From Antedon mediterranea (taxonomy: Eukaryota; Animalia; Echinodermata): a DNA stretch of 64,000 bases. Where the stretch lies: NCBI RefSeq assembly GCF_964355755.1, contig NC_092676.1, positions 29,902,871 to 29,966,870 on the forward strand, given 5' to 3'. Below, piece by piece: positions 31,601 to 46,200 of this stretch (positions are counted from its first letter, which is position 1; every line of letters starts with the position of its first letter). A model generated the notes under the pieces. The model did not search any database. It saw only the letters and a list, made by a program, of their open reading frames with translations, and was not told where the DNA came from. Made by a program: the position numbers and the translations under genes.

Positions 31601-34600
31601 TCCTTACTGTTTCTGTATCTGAGCAGTGCCGGTAGATCTTGTGAGCAGTTGGAGTAGCCCCTATGATAAACCAGTCAAATTATTTATACTCTAATTATGT
31701 TAAAAAATCTATTGTTCTACCGATTTACACATATTACTTTTTTGTTTCTTTTCTTAATCTCTTTTTTTTTATGTTTAAGGTAATCGAACAACAAGCTTAT
31801 TGGGCTTGTTAAATGAATGCAAAACAGCGCAAGGTCAAAGGTTACTGTGTCAATGGGTCAAACAGCCTTTATTGGACAAGGCTAAAATTGGTGAGAACAA
31901 CGTTTCTTTAATTTTATAATCAATAAATACATTTGACTAAGCATTTATGAAGCCGTCTACATAAATCTCAATTTGGATGGCTATAAGTATTGCTTAGTGT
32001 CGTATCCATCCTCACTTCTTTTTTTTTTTATCTCTACAATGATTTCTTAGATTAAGCATTTTGCTATGGATATATTATTATTATATCTTGATATATGAAA
32101 TAAAAAGATGAATGAATGTTGGATATGTATGAAATAAAATAAAAATAACTCTATTTTAATAATAATTCTGTTATTTAATTTACTTCATTATTTTATATTT
32201 AGAAGAGAGACTAGACATCGTTGAAATGTTCTTTGACGATTCAGAACTGCGACAAACAATTCAAGAACAACTCAAAAGAATTCCAGATTTTCAACGTCTT
32301 GCAAAAAAATTTCAACGAAAGAAAGCCACACTGCAAGATTGTTACCAAGTGTACCAGGGTGTGGAGTATATGCCTATTGTGATGGAAAGTCTAGAGACAT
32401 CAGAGGTCAAATGTAAACCATTGCTGCTGGACCTGTTTTGTAATCCATTGAAGGTAAGAACGCCATGCCAGCCTTATTGTAGAGAGGTTTAAATTTGCAA
32501 CGACCAAACTATGTCATGATTAAAAATGTTTATCTGGTTTTAAATATCCATAAGTTAGTAGTTCTTTTTGAAAAAAACACAAATTAGCGAAACTAGACTT
32601 AAACTATGTCACGTTAATTCATTGTCCATTTGCGGGGATATTGAGATGTGTGTCCTCACTCCTCACCAAGGTTCAGACGCCCACCAACAACACATCGATT
32701 GACCTGACTTTGAAAGCTCCATATTCTCATAGCCCTTGGTTCAATTTAAACTATGTACAGATGTTTTGTATACAATACAGTCATTTAATATAAACACATT
32801 TAATACTTTATTTCTAGGAAATTTTAATGGATTTTGATAAATATCAACAAATGATTGAATCGACCCTTGACCTTGATCAAGTACAGAACCACGAGTTTAT
32901 GATAAAGCCAGGATTTGATGAGAATTTACAAAGTAAGTACAGTAGATTGGATTCCTCTCTGCATATATCTTCTTTTGTTTCTAAACTATTAAATAACTGG
33001 TATGGTTTCTTTTATCAGGTCTCAGAGAAAATATGGATAAATTGGAGGACAAAATGAAAGTTGTTTTGAACAAGGCAGCAAGGGACCTCGGCCTAGAACC
33101 CAGTAAAACAATAAAGTTGGAAAGTAACTCACAGTTGGGGTATTATTTCAGAGTAACTAGAAAGGTGATCTATATATAAGTATATATCTCATTACTGTAT
33201 CTATAATTTGTCCAGTTTCAGAGGCAAATTCTATAATACAATGTCACATATCTATCACATGTGATGCCCGTATCATTGCCATAAGCCTTACCTTAACCAC
33301 TATGACACAAATGTTACCACTGCCAAGATACAGTTAGGCTAACAGAGAATCAAGTGATAAATATACATATGACTTTTTTTTTGTGTGTCCAAAATTAAAA
33401 TTAACATATTTATTGCAAAAAAAATATAAGACTGCAAGATATTTATAATCCACAGGATGAAAAATGTTTGAGGAACAATAAGAATTTCTCAACGATTGAC
33501 ACAAACAAAAATGGCGTACGATTTACAAATAGTAAGCTGAGAGAGTACAATGATGAGTACATGACAGCGAAAGATGACTACAACGAAACACAGAGGGCGG
33601 TAGTAGCTGAAGTGATTGATATTGCAAGTAAGAATAGTCTGTTTTAATTAAGTTTGTACATTTGGTATTTTTAATACTCTACCTCATTCTCAATAATTTG
33701 TTCATTAAAATTTTTAAAAATTGTTTCTTTTTTAGGCGGTTATGTTGAACCATTTTTGCAGTTAAACTCAATTGCAGCCCAGGTCGATGCTCTTGTGAGG
33801 TACAGTAACCATTCTCATATATACATAAGAAATACAGTGAAACTAAAAAAGGAAATTCTGATTGGAATGATAATTTATGGCACATGTGGCAAAGGAATAC
33901 CAATAGTAAATGAATCACTGTCCTCTTAGATAAATGAAAACTTTGTTTATTATATAGTATTGCACAGGTTTCAGCAAACGCACCAATTCCGTACATTCGA
34001 CCAAAGATTAATTCGGTCGGTGAAGGCGGCATCAGATTGGTTCAAGCTCGTCATCCTTGCATGGAGGTTCAAGACGATATTGCCTTCATTCCCAATGACA
34101 TCACTTTTGAAAGAAGGGATAAAATGTTTCATATCATTACCGGTCCAAATATGGGTGGTAAATCAACATTTATTAGACAGGTAAGATTTTGATTTTCTTT
34201 ACACAGAACATGATCAATACATATGCAGCAGCATTATTAGGAGTTGACACCTTAGTGGTTACATCACAGGTCTATTTATTAGTCAAAGAGCATTCGTTTA
34301 TAAGTATAGGCAGACCTGGAAAATTCTCGCAACAAGCTGATTTTTTAAGGAAAGGTTCAGAACTATGGTTGCAATATCATACTAAAAGTCCTGAAAAATT
34401 ATCCTTGGCTCTCCAAGAAATATATTTATATATATTATACATTACATTAGTTAAGTGAATGAACGCGAGTCCAGGAAAGTGAGTGACCTGCTACACATAC
34501 AAAATGATAAATAAATATATAAAAAAAAGAAGATTTTTTTTAATGTTTGCTAGCCTATAAAATAATTGAAGATTGACAAAATACATCAAAGACAAAATCA

Positions 34601-36749
34601 ATTTTTCAAATCAAAGATCTTAAATCTTGTTGTTTTCACAGATTGGTGTAATTGTTCATATGGCACAGATTGGTTGTTTTGTGCCATGTCAGGAGGCAGA
34701 CATCACCATCGTAGACTCCATCTTGGCTCGTGTTGGAGCTGGTGACAGCCAGCTGAAGGGAATATCAACATTTATGGCAGAAATGCTGGAGACTGCATCT
34801 ATACTTAAGGTAAAATTTGCTTTTGCAAAGTAATGTTTTTTTAGTAAATAATTCCAATAATGTTGTATTTTTGTATTGACAATAATTATAACAATTTATA
34901 ATTTTTTCAGTCAGCCACCGAAAATTCTCTTGTAATAATTGATGAATTGGGTCGTGGTACGTCAACCTATGATGGCTTTGGTCTTGCCTGGGCCATTTCA
35001 GAGTAAGTTCTTAAAACCTTTTTAAACCTAGTATAGTAATATAACTAGTAATACTCTTAATCCTTTTGAAAAAATGGTCCTTATCAAGCACTGACCAGCA
35101 ACTCACAAAAATGTGTACCCTAGTTAAATAATGATTTTCAAGATGATTTTATAGGTAATGCCTAGCATCTACTCAAAAATTATTATTTTTGGTTTGGAAA
35201 CAGACAATAGTAATTCAGTGGTATTTAATAATCATAAAAAGGATCATTATTCAGCAGGCATATATTTCACATTTTTATTTTTCAAATTAGATACATTGCG
35301 ACAAAGATTAGGGGATTTTGTGTGTTTGCTACGCATTTCCACGAGCTGACCGCTTTAGCTGATACTGTGACGTCTGTCAGCAACTTACACGTGACAGCTC
35401 TTACTACCAAGGATACTTTCACGTTGTTATACAAAGTGAAACCAGGTGAGTAAACTTTGATTATCCTCTGGTTCCATAAGCGATCCAGTATCATTCTTAA
35501 AGAATCTTTCACACCTGTTCCGGCACGGTTTCTGTCCGTCAAATCCAATTGAACATAACTGTTTCGTTTTAACAAGGTCATGCGCATGTTCGCATGGAGC
35601 ATCGTGAAAACGAAACATTGATGTTCGATTCGCCGGACAGAAACCGTGCTGGAACAGGTGTGAAAGACCCTTAAAGGTTGCAATCTTGTTCACAAGACAA
35701 CATATACACAAGATTCTCTACATAAACACAGTCTTATTACAAGTCTTTGAGAGTGGAGTTGTAAATTGTAATTAGAAAAAATCCTGACATATGACAGAAC
35801 TTGAACCCATGACCCTTGGATTAGTAGCCAAGCACTATAACCACCAAGCCACAACTCCAACCCGAAGTGCCCTTCAAATCACTGTTTCCTCATCACCTCC
35901 TTCTAATGTTCATCTTCTCCTTGACATATGGCTATGATAACTTTAGAGAAATTTCTTATCCACCAGTAATCCAATTTATTCTTTTTACAAAATGCTAGTT
36001 TCATGATTTTCAATTCGCCAGAACTTTTACTTTTAACTGCACAATTATTTGAATTCTCCTTATTTGTTAAGGCGTTTGTGATCAAAGTTTTGGTATACAT
36101 GTGGCAGAATTGGCACATTTTCCAGAGAAGGTGATCGATTTTGCCAAAAAGAAGGCAGCAGAGCTTGAAGACTACCAGTCAACACCAGCTGGTGGAATGG
36201 AAGGTGATGATGAACCAGCTGCCAAGAAAAGAAGGCTCACCAAAAAGGTCCCATAATTCAGTTGTTTTATGATGATGTTGTGAATTCAAACCAATTTGAA
36301 ACATTTAATAGTTTAATGGCATAAAATTTATATAGCGCAAAATACAAATAGTCTCTATGCGCTGTTTAGCACAAGTGTGAAAATAAAAATGTTGATGTAA
36401 AATAAACCACGAAATAGCCCATGAAAACCGAATAAATTGACCAAGACAACAGAAAAAAGTCCGAAAACAGAATCTCACATCACCACACTGTTTCACTAAC
36501 TTGAATAAAGTATGGTATAAGTTCTAAATGGTATTTTTTTTATTTTTCTTAAATGTATTTTATCGAAATCATTTTTTTTTTCTTATTCAGGATGGTGAAG
36601 AGATAATCAAGGAATTTTTAGAAAAAGTGAAAGCAATTTCAATGGAGAATATGTCATTAGAAGAAGCTGTGGCAGAAGTCAATCAACTAAAAGAAGAAGT
36701 TAAAAAGAAGAATAACTCATATATTACAGAAATACTCGCACAAATCTGA
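28643..36749 (+). CDS. MSH2: DNA mismatch repair protein MSH2, ~21 exons
   Basis: MAVQP.., [66 protein letters not shown], Walker [77 protein letters not shown]. Confidence 0.96.
30905..30955. repeat. Near-perfect 51 bp palindrome bounded by TTAA (collapsed MITE?)
   Basis: ttaataggcgtgttcaaaatgtcatgatgacgttttgaacacgcctgttaa. Confidence 0.7.
35465..35862 (-). mobile_element. tRNA-derived SINE in MSH2 intron, interrupted by a MITE
   Basis: Reverse strand: tggagttgtggcttggtggttatagtgc (A box)..gggttcaagttc (B box)..caaagacttgtaataagac..gtcttgtgaac; homologous to the copy at 47618-49050. Confidence 0.75.
35502..35670. mobile_element. Harbinger-like MITE inside the SINE
   Basis: TIR tctttcacacctgttccggcacggtttctgtccg / cggacagaaaccgtgctggaacaggtgtgaaaga, TTAA-like flanks. 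Confidence 0.75.
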
Positions 36750-37177
36750 ACTTTATTTTGTTTACCTGTAATTTTTGTTAGCGTACTATGGATACATTCG
36801 GTACTTGAAATACTGTCTCTTTTTTTTTATACACTGCTTACTGTATTATCAAAAGAATTACAGTATAGCAATATTGTATGTAGCGATTAAAAATCGCATT
36901 TATATTTAAAAATAAAATTTAAAAAAAATTGCCTTGCTGGTTTTGAGAACTTTGTGAACCTACGTCATTAGTGTCTCTTCATCATCATAATCCCTCTTCA
37001 TCATCATAATCCCAATCAAAATTTCACGAATAGCCTTTCGCGTACAGACGTGCTGTAGCTGAAAAGTCAACCATGCATGAAAAACATCGTTATTTCAACA
37101 ACGACGCGCGATCGTCAAAATTTCAAAACAAAATTATTATTTTCTTAGTAGTATATTAATATCAGAAAAGTAGATTC

Positions 37178-40100
37178 ATGGCCGTTCTACTTGAAACAAC
37201 ACTTGGTGATATAGTGATTGATCTTTATCCCAAAGAAAGACCCAGGTGTAAGTATTTATTACGAACGATGTTTGCTAGGCTAGCTAGGTACAGAGAGGAA
37301 GAGACAGGAAAAAAGGTTTAGAGCAGACGATCTTTACCATGCGGACGATCGGGCCCAAAAAACCGTTCATAGTAATCTACGCCCGGTAGTGCCCGGTAGC
37401 CTTGCATGATATTTAAAGTAGATCTTATTAACAATTATTAGTGGTAAAGTTAACTAATATATATTTCTTTCCGGAAACAATTTAAAATCAGTTAAAATAT
37501 ACTTTTCATTCAAACGCTACAAATCATCACTTTTTATCACAGAGGGCGGTCTTCTGTTTCGGATTAAACTTACTATTTTGACAGTTTTTCACATTAAAAA
37601 CGTATTTTCAAAAAACGTACTAAAACGTAATAAATTTCAAATTAGCATTAAATATAATTTTAGAATATACTTGAGACAATTTTATATCTATTCTTAATTA
37701 TCATATCAGGTGTAGAATGACCCGCAAAAAATTGCATCAATAAAATCTAGGCCTACCTAGGCAATTTAAATGATCGTAAAAAATAATAACTATTTTTGTT
37801 TTGTTTTAGGTTGTTTAAACTTTCTGAAACTCTGCAAACTCAAGTACTATAACTTTTGTTTATTTCATTCTGTACAGGTAAGTCATTCAAAACTTTTACA
37901 GATTAATTTATTGTCCAATTCCTCGGTGTTCTGTGTCTTATTCTGTTTTTATTTATTTCTATTTTTATTTATGTTAGCGTAATTTCATCGCTCAAACTGG
38001 TGACCCAAGTGGATCTGGAAATGGCGGAGAGTCTGTATTTAGGTAGGTTAACACTCTATCCACAATTTATTTGTTAATGTAAAGAATTGGAATTTAAAAA
38101 ACATAATTTTATAATTGGTTTATATTTTATTGCAGGCAGCTGTATGGGGATCAAGCCCGTTATTTTGAAATGGAATCAACGCCACGCATCAAACATAAAA
38201 AACTGGGAGCAGTTTCTATGGTAAACAATGGAGCTAACATGCATGGTTCTCAGGTAGCCCTAGACTTTTAGAGTTATACTACTTTTTAATTTTTTTATTT
38301 CATTTCCACAAACACAATCAATAGGCCACCAGTTGTGGCGAAAATACAGAAATGAGGTTCTCAAATTTGAACATTGTTCAAATAACAAATATTATAAAGA
38401 TCAATTAATTAATACTGTAATAATAATAAAGAAAATTATAATTATATAAGTGTGAGATTAATTGAATAAGTTCACATATACATTCGAACCACTTGATACT
38501 TTAATCTATTAGATTAAGTTTCAATATAATTTACTGTATTTGGATCTATGCTTAACAATCTATGTTTTTGTCTTAGTTTTTTATTACGTTGTCTGAGAAC
38601 GTTGATAGCTTGGATGGCATGCATACTGTGTTTGGAGAGGTATCAGAAGGCTTTGATATCATTACTAAACTCAGTGAGTCTTTCACAGACAAGGAGAATC
38701 GTCCTTATCAAGACATCAGGTATGGCTTAGCTAAATCAATTATTCTTCATCTAATCAGACTTTTAACAACCATTGAGCCCTAGAATTACAAGGTTACCTC
38801 AAATGCAAGTCTCTTCCAGCTATTGACAAACATAATGCAGTGGCATCATTCATCATTAACAATATTTAAATTATTGTAATATTTTATTTTGTTTTCTTTA
38901 GAATTAATCATACTGTGGTTTTAGATGACCCATTTGATGACCCTGATGGATTGACCTTTCCGGATCGGTCACCTGAGCCGACGAAAGAACAATTAGACGT
39001 ATGAAATTCACTTTGTAAACTAAACTGTCCAATCATCAATATAAGCTACGTTTCTATAAACTTGTATTATATTGTATAATGTACTACTGTAGAAAATATA
39101 AAAGAAATTAAATAATAATATGGATAAAGTTCAAAGTTCAAATTTATTGTGAAATACATAGTAATTGAAATTTGTATTCCAAGGTTAAAAAACAAGAGGT
39201 TATATTCATTCAAGAAACAAAACAATATTAAGATATATAAATTAAGATAATATAAAAGGTGAATACTAATGCTTTACATTTTTCTTGTATATAGAGTGGT
39301 CGAATAGCAGCTGATGAGGAAGTTGATAAAGACAAAGGCAAAACAGAAGAGGAATTGAAAGAAGAGTTGGAATCTAAAGAATCAAAAGCCAATGCACACA
39401 TTTTAGAAATGGTTTGAATCCATTTTTGTATTATGAATCACTATTACTATATACCTTCAAGTATAGTCTCAACCTTAAGTATAATCCTACCATAATTTAG
39501 AAAAAATTCAGACACAAAACTTTAGTAACCCATGGGTAATGCAATCCAAGTATAATCCCACCCACATTTTTTGCCAAATTTCGTACCCAGAGGACTAGTC
39601 AAATCAAATATTCTTTATTCATCAAACATAAAAATATACAACAATATATGAATACATAATATAAAGATGAAAAGGAAACACACAAAAACTCAAAAGGGCT
39701 TGATAAGTTGTGTCCCCCTATACTTGTTTTTTTTTCACATTTTACTTGTATTAAGTACATTCTTATGATCTGCTCTGCACATTCATTCTTTTAATGTATT
39801 TTTCAGGTAGGAGACATACCAGACGCTGATATTAAACCACCAGAGAATGTGCTCTTTGTTTGTAAATTAAATCCAGTGACAACTTCAGATGATTTGCAAA
39901 TTATATTTTCCAGATTTGGACAAATTAACAGGTAAATCATTTTGCACATTTGCCAGATGTATGTAAACATTAAGCATTGTGTTTAAAAACAAAACTCTGT
40001 GAATTTTAAATCAAATTTGTTTTTTTTTTTATTTGTACAATTTTCTGTTTTAGTATGTTTTCTCGAAGGGAGGTGCATAAATTTGAATAGATTTTTTCGT

Positions 40101-42527
40101 TAATGAATGAATCAGCCTGCTTGTATTCATGACATAACTATATTTCATTTAATCATGGCCAAACCATGGAGCTATAAAAATATAGCTCCATGGTCAAACA
40201 CAGTAAAATATAGCACATGGTTTGAAATTATTTTTGTTTTTTTTCAAAGTTACAGTAGTAGTACTAATTGCTTTGTTAATGATGTATGTACAGTAATTTT
40301 TAGTTTACCTTGCTATAAATAAGTGGAAAAATAAAATGTCTTTACCTTTCTCAGCTGTGAAGTAATCAAGGACATGAAAACAGAAGAATCTTTGCAATAT
40401 GCATTCATAGAATTTGAAAGGGTAAGAACTAGACATTAGTAAAAATATATTAGTTTAAGTTCTATTTTAATTGTCATTTCAGTCTGGAGTCTAAATAAAA
40501 TACAATTGACTTTTCCAGACTCTCTGACAAACGGAACTCTCCTAAAACCAGACTTTCCATGAGGTGTAAAAGTTCCAAAATTCTGTTTTATAATTAAAAA
40601 CACATTAAAAATTCAGACATTTAGATCAGCCCAAGACTGTCAGCTATTTTGCTTCTTATCATTTTCTTAGGTAGAGGATTGTGAGCAAGCATACTTCAAG
40701 ATGGATAATGTGCTGATAGATGACAGGCGAATACATGTTGATTTTAGTCAGTCAGTTGCCAAATTGAACCAGAAACAAAAATGTAAGCTTGTTGAAATAC
40801 CTTAGTTTGGAATAAATTTAGCAATTAAGGCCAACTCGGACAGCGTCGTACGACGAGTCATATCGTCAGGAGAAAAGTAAACATGTTTAAAGTTCTCCCG
40901 ACGACCTAAAAACTATGGCTATCTCAAGACGACTTATCTCGTCAGAATTCAACACAGACAGCACTGACAAGCCTTTCAATCTACCACTAAATATGGGTGT
41001 TTTTTTTTTGTGTTTTTTGCAGCTCAATAACTGATCTTTTTCTTTGCAGTTGTTGGAAGTTTTCCAAGTTCTTCAAAAGATAAACCAAAGCCCAGACATG
41101 AAGAAGACAGACAACCAAAGGTGAGTGTGTACTTACTAAATGGTTTGTGATGCGTGGAACGAGAGTGGAATACATTCAGAGATTAATGCTGTCAACACAA
41201 GATAACAGTAAATGAAAAACCGTAGCTTGTCCCACGTAGAATCTGAATCTATCCTCGGTAGAAACCGCCTGTCCCCTCCAAGTTTTGTGTAAATGGTCAT
41301 AAGGAATTATATAGATTCTATATATATTGGTCGTATTGGTCGTATTCGCGGTAATCTTAACAAGAAAACAGCTGAATTGATTGTACACTCATTTGTCACT
41401 TCTAAAATTGACATTGGTAATGCCTTGTTGTTTGGCATACTAAAATCTCAAATACAACGTTTGCAGCGCTTGCAAAATATGGCAGCTAGAATTGTAACTT
41501 GTACAAAATCAAACGCTCACATAACTCCTGTCCTGATGGATTTGCATTGGTTGCCTGTTCAACAACGTATTAAGTACAAACTTGCGTTGTTTGTATTCAA
41601 GATCCTAAATGACAGTGCTCCTGCTTATTTATCTGACCTTGTGGTTCGTTACGAATCATCCCGCAGAGGCCTACGATCATTGTCACAAAACCTTCTTCAA
41701 GAGCGTAGAGCGAAAAATCAGTGGGGTCAGAGATCTTTTTACGTTGCGGCCGCAAGTGTATGGAACAGCTTACCAGCAACAGTTAAATGCTCAACTAGTC
41801 TAAACAGTTTCAAGATCAACCTAAAGACGTCGCTATTCGCTGATGTTCTCGCACATTGTTAATGCACAAAGCGCCATGAGCGCCACATGGGTGGATGATA
41901 CCGGCGCTATATAAGTTTTCATTTATTATTATTATATTATATTTTTATTAATGTTACTATTCGTCTGTGTAAATTGGCCTGACAGCTGCTCTTGATTCTT
42001 ACCAGTACTTGATTACAATTCATTCAACCATTATTTTTGTTGTGATTTTACAGATTTCGTTGAGAAAACACGAATTAAGTGAATCCGACTCATCATCTTC
42101 ATCAGATGATGATAAACGCTTGAAAAGGAGACATAAGAAAGATAGAAAAGATAAACATAAGAAAAAGACGAAAAATGAAAACAGGGATTCTAAAAAGGAA
42201 AGAAGTCCTGATGATTATCAATACAGAAAAGAGAGGGATAGAAAACAGCAAAGAAGAAGGAGTAGGATTCGCAGTATGGATTATGAGAGAGGCCCTAGAC
42301 ACAGAAGCAGAGAAAAAGACCACGTCAAGTCAAGAAGAGACCGGAGTCGTGACCGTGAGACAAAAAGAGATCGAAGTAGGAGTCGTGATCGAAATTCAAA
42401 AAGAGATCGAAGCAGGAGTCATGACCGCAAGACAAAAAGAGACAGGAGTAGGAGTCGTGACCGCAAGACAAAAAGAGACCGGAGTAGGAGTCGTGACCGG
42501 CACATCAGATATCGTGATCGAAGGTGA
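37178..42527 (+). CDS. PPIL4: Peptidyl-prolyl cis-trans isomerase-like 4 (cyclophilin + RRM + RS-rich tail), multi-exon
   Basis: [142 protein letters not shown]; last exon DRSRSRDR repeats. Confidence 0.96.
41293..41940 (+). mobile_element. 5'-truncated L2/CR1-group LINE fragment in last PPIL4 intron
   Basis: ORF2 C-terminal motifs [54 protein letters not shown]; 3' tail aagcgccatgagc..gcgctatataag..(tta)n. Confidence 0.88.
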
Positions 42528-43268
42528 TGTACTGGCAATTATAGATTAAGAGGGGAGGGGAATACAATCTAAGATTGTAATGCTATTTTTTATTTAATTA
42601 TAGAATGACAAGGCTACAAAAAAACATCAAAATTAAATCATATTTATTTATTTTTATTTTTCTAATTGATAAAAAAATACACTACTAAAATTAAACACAG
42701 TACAGTACTTCCTTCCTGTTGAAGGAATTGCAATTGTAATCACGAGATGATTACTTATATTTATAATGCAAATAAAATAAATTTACTGTTATCCATTTAC
42801 CCTGAGAGTTATCGGTCCCATAGTCTAGGTTCTAAGACCGAAATCTATCAGTCCCCATATCACACCATATAAATTGATGGATATCGGAAATAAAAGTTGG
42901 TTAGATGCGGTCGGTATAAACCTAAATATATCCATAACATGGATGAAATATAGGTTGTAACTTAGAAATTAGTGACGTACCCTGTACCTTTATAAAAATA
43001 AATAACTGCTTAATAAAAAATATTTACAAGAATTTTAGCACTGAAATTCTTTTAAAAAAAACAGCTATTAACAAGGCTTGCTACTACTGTCCAAATAAAC
43101 TAATACAGTATAAAATACTGAATGACAATACGTGAAAATATGTAAAATTATTTTTAATTCTCAAGGATTTTTTAAATAATTGATTTCCTGTAACAACTCT
43201 AACTGTCTAGCCACTTTTATATGAAATAAACACAATAACCCCTAGCCCCTTTTATATGAAATAAATTA

Positions 43269-46200
43269 CTATTTGGTCGTTCCAATACCAAGTTGACTTT
43301 TTAATTGTTCGAAGCGTTCCTTGATAAAATGGTAAAATTCATATTCTAATGACATCTGCTGCATGAGTACAGCGTGCACCTCTGGAGACGGAGACTCTTT
43401 GTAATTTGTCATCGTTGATGAACGATTACGTGAATATGTGTTACCTAAATTTGAAAATGGATCATTGTTATAAATGTGTATTCAAAATATATACTTAAAG
43501 ATATGTCTCCCTGGAAAGTTTTTTCTTTTTTTCAAATTTTTTTTTAATATGCTCTATAATAGTTGTTCACTTTCACCAAAAATTGGATGAAAAAAAAGTT
43601 CCTGTATTTTCCTGAAAAACTGTAATTTAAAGCAAAAAATGGTCAAATTGGCTGCCAGCCAACAGGTTCTTAATGATTCATTTTAATACATTGTTTTCCT
43701 TTTTTTCTACGGAGATGATTAACTTTATTAAAACTACAAAATAACCTATTCAAAATCTGATTTTATTAATCGTCATTTTTCATGTTTTGTGGGACAATAC
43801 ACCTTTATAGTGAAACAAAGTTCTTACCTGGAGCCCTCATGTAATCAACAGCACCTGCAAAAAAACGAGGCAGCATTTTTTCTAAGACTGCAAATGTGTT
43901 TTCTAATTCATCTAGAATTCCCACAACTATAAAGTCACGTTCAACATTTTTCTTGGCAATTTCTAGGGGTGTTCTGTCTTGAAATCTTAATTTAAAAAAA
44001 AAATACATTCAGATGTTTTAAAATGGTACATTATACAAACTGTAAATAGAACACACTATGTCATTGGCAGTAGCAAATATACTGTACCCACTCCAGGGCA
44101 CAAACTCTTTCTCTTATGATACTAAATTTACTATATATATATATATGTTCATTTATATATTTTATTGGTCCTTTTTCTTTCCTTCTTTTGTTATTTCTCA
44201 TTTTTCGTATTTGTATCGTTCCCAGTTTTTAAATGTTGAGGGCCTCATGCATAACAGCCTCGGCTGTTTTGAGTCACCCTCATTAAACGAAGTTTAACAA
44301 AAATAAAAATTTGTGAAATATTCTTAAATATGTGTAATTTATATGAAGGTATTATTTTATTTAACACATTACCTGCATTGTGGACTTTGACCACAGAAAA
44401 ATGGTATTATATATTGAAGCTTGTTACGAGAACATTCGAATTTCTTTCTCAGAACACATTCATTTATAGTCTGAAAACAAGATAAAAATCATTTCATCTT
44501 ACAGTGTGATTAGGCACTTAAAACTATTTCTATAACTAAAGTTTAGAGGGTTTTAATAGCGATCAAAATTAAATACAGTTTGAACAGGGAGATTTAATTT
44601 AATTTATGAATTATCAAAATACTAAAGTATTCAATATAAAGCATAGTATAAATTATTTATTTCAATACATTGTACAATCCCTTCCCTGTACTAAAGCTCT
44701 GTCCACACTATCAAACGAAATATGATGTGCCCATATATGGACATGATGTTCCCATATCACTACCATATTTTTTTCTAGTTTGATAGTGTAGATAGATCTG
44801 TAGTGTACACCTTGCATTCTTTACTGTCTTTATGACAAAAAGCAATGACAAGGTACATAATGGCCACCCCACTGTTTACATTCTGAATGTAGCATTAAAA
44901 TGCAAGTACAGCAACAAGCAATTGTTTACATTCTGAATGTAGCATTAAAATGCAAGTACAGCAACAAGCAATTGTTTACATTCTGAATGTAGCATTAAAA
45001 TGCAAGTACAGCAACAAGCAATTGTTTACATTCTGAATGTAGCATTAAAATGCAAGTACAGCAACAAGCAATTGTTTACATTCTGAATGTAGCATTAAAA
45101 TGCAAGTACAGCAACAAGCAATTGTTTACATTCTGAATGTAGCATTAAAATGCAAGTACAGCAACAAGCAATTGTTTACATTCTGAATGTAGCATTAAAA
45201 TGCAAGTACAGCAACAAGCAATTGTTTACATTCTGAATGTAGCATTAAAATGCAAGTACAGCAACAAGCAATTGTTTACATTCTGAATGTAGCATTAAAA
45301 TGCAAGTACAGCAACAAGCAATTGTTTACGCCGTTTGTTTCATTACCTGGTATTTTTCTTCTTCTGTACCCTTAAATGGACGGGTACTCTTATCGTTCTT
45401 GCCGTCACCAAATCGCCTAAAGTAATATTGTGATGTAAATCTTTCAATAGGGTCACGAACTATGTTGATATATTTCACATATGAAGAGCTGAATCTATCG
45501 AAAAAAAGGGTTAAGAAAATTTAAATAAAATGTATTTGGATCTAGCGCCATAAGCAGATTCAGATTTGAATCAAATAACATTCAAACTTCTGTATCTTCC
45601 ATTTGATATATTCCAATTTGTTTAACAAAACAGCATCATCTTTTATTCCCATCAAAAGGAACAAATGAAGTGAATGCAGCTTCAGCAAATTTTAAAAACA
45701 CAAATTTCATTTACTTAGTTTACATTAAGTATTATTAATTGGCATTGGAAGAATACTTACTTGGTAAAATCAATGTAATGCAAATGTCGCTGAAATAAGA
45801 ATGGTGGGTCTACCTTCAAAAGAACACTCACAAGCAGATTCTAAAAATAAATAAACAATTTCATTTTTGTCGGATGCCAGTGTGTATTATAATTTAACTT
45901 GTGGAAAAGTTTCATCGGATTTTAATAAAATATAAAAAGGGTTCAGCAACTCTTTGTTTCATTTTAATACCAATTTTGTTACCATTATCTAACAGGTAGA
46001 CACTGAGCTTGCCTTGCCAAGATAGTAAAAGTCCTGTGATCTTATGTCTGGTCGCAACAAATACCAACAGTACTGTACATAATCTCTGCGGTGCACGGTG
46101 GCTGTTAAGGGGCTTGGCACTGATATCGCAGTCACATAAAGTTTGATAGTGTGGACAACAGGCGCGGATTTAGGCGGGGGCTAAACAGGCTTCAGAATAC

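Noticed and set aside
42330-42505. 36 nt coding repeat in the last PPIL4 exon
   Set aside because: Ordinary RS/RD low-complexity tail expected for this family
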